The notes under the pieces are model-generated. The model saw nothing but the letters and a program-made list of their open reading frames with translations, made no database searches and was not told the DNA's origin. The translations under genes and the position numbers were made by a program. From Batkoa obscura (Eukaryota), in assembly GCA_030770535.1 (NCBI GenBank), contig JASVEC010000025.1:682001-746000 (forward strand): a DNA stretch of 64,000 nucleotides, given 5' to 3'. Below, piece by piece: positions 62,877 through 64,000 of this stretch; position 1 is the stretch's first letter; the number at the start of each line of letters is the position of its first letter.

Positions 62877-63258
62877 TTGGCTCTGAAGTTGGTATTATAG
62901 AATATGTACTTGAACTTGATGAAAGTGTTTGAATTGGGTTATAGTTACTATGATATTGTGATGATTCATAATTATTATAAGGCGTACTTTTAACTTGTGT
63001 AGTTGTAGTTAATGTAGAAGTATTAATTATAGTAGTAGGCGTAGTACTAGTTGTAGTTACAGCTTGTGTATATTGATTGTTATAATTAATATTGTTATAA
63101 TGAATGTTACTATAATCGATGGTACTATAATCAATATTATTATTTTGATTTAAGTTATAATAGGGTTGATTTTGTATCCCATATTTTAAACGATATCTTT
63201 GAGAAGTATAACAATTAAATAAAGTAAAAAATAAGATATTATTTAAAATAAGTAACAT
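61996..63258 (-). CDS. SUN-family (GH132) secreted beta-glucanase-like cell-wall protein
   Basis: Signal peptide; Thr/Asn-rich stalk; GWAMSPDQ.C..G.WCPYAC..GY..SQW, GGLYC, FCQTVYPGNEAM.IPT, SAQYYVN, C.WG....GNWAPY. Confidence 0.92.
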
Positions 63259-63641
63259 ATTAAATATAATAACAAGAATGAAAAAAAAACAGTAAAAGAT
63301 AACTTTAAATTGTTTTTTTATTTATTTATTTTTTTTTATTGTTTATTTTTCCCCATTAATTATCAATTAATTTCTTTCTAGTAAGAGTAATTCAATTCGT
63401 GGGGATCAATAATTTTATTGTTGATGGATTTACATCCTTAATTTCTGTTCTTTATGTTTAAGCCTTGTAAATCAATTCATCAATTTTTATGCTAATTAAA
63501 ATCAAACCTTAAAATTTCAACCCAAGAATTTATGCTAGTTTATTTTTACCATCAAAATTTTATTAACAGAAGCCTCTCCTTCTTATCTCATATGGTTCTA
63601 ATTAATTTGTATATTTAAATTACTTTTATTATTATTATTAC

Positions 63642-63675
<34 letters not shown>

Positions 63676-64000
63676 TACTATTATTATTATTTATTTTGTT
63701 ATATTGTTAATGTATGTTATTATTACTACAACTTTCTTTAAACATACATAAATTTAATGCTAAGTAATGAATTATGAAAAGTGTTGGAAAGAGTTATAAA
63801 ATCCTGACACCTGGTAAAAAAAGAACAAATTAAATGCTTTGTGACCATATTTTTAAAACTTTGTTACTGATGTTATAAATTACTATTGAACTTTATTTAG
63901 TCATCATCTTATGCAAAATTATTGAGTTTTTAATTTGAAGAATTTTAGTTTATCAATAAAAATTTCCCACTTTCTCGAAAAAAATATATAAAATAATCTA

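Overview
Very AT-rich, intron-containing eukaryotic DNA, clearly fungal (Zn2Cys6 factors, MedA, SUN, Sys1, Sec62). The short introns and poly-Asn tracts suggest an early-diverging lineage such as a Conidiobolus-like entomophthoralean (inference). About 26 intact protein-coding genes and 2 pseudogenes can be supported. Two are poorly represented in the ORF track because they are split into micro-exons: a Dabb-domain gene, and the SAM domain of a SAM+HMG-box gene. The dominant structure is a pair of near-identical ~1.9 kb inverted repeats (about 34464-36336 and 51960-53832). Each carries an intronless, divergent Rpd3-type HDAC gene, and together they enclose a ~15.6 kb segment with medA, BPL1, a Zn-cluster TF and a membrane protein. 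This is the architecture of a flip-flop invertible cassette, and older diverged homology continues beyond the identical core. The HDAC keeps its catalytic residues but has lost basic residues of the inositol-phosphate pocket. A ~99 bp MITE with GGGG/GAGG ends and 4-bp target-site duplications occurs about 16 times. Also present: a Kunitz inhibitor pair with a bacterial-type motif (one copy is a pseudogene), three Ssh4/Ear1-like SPRY paralogs (one MITE-disrupted), a probable pseudo-enzyme cyclophilin, and decayed LINE-like remnants. Exon boundaries were read by eye and may be off by a few bases.
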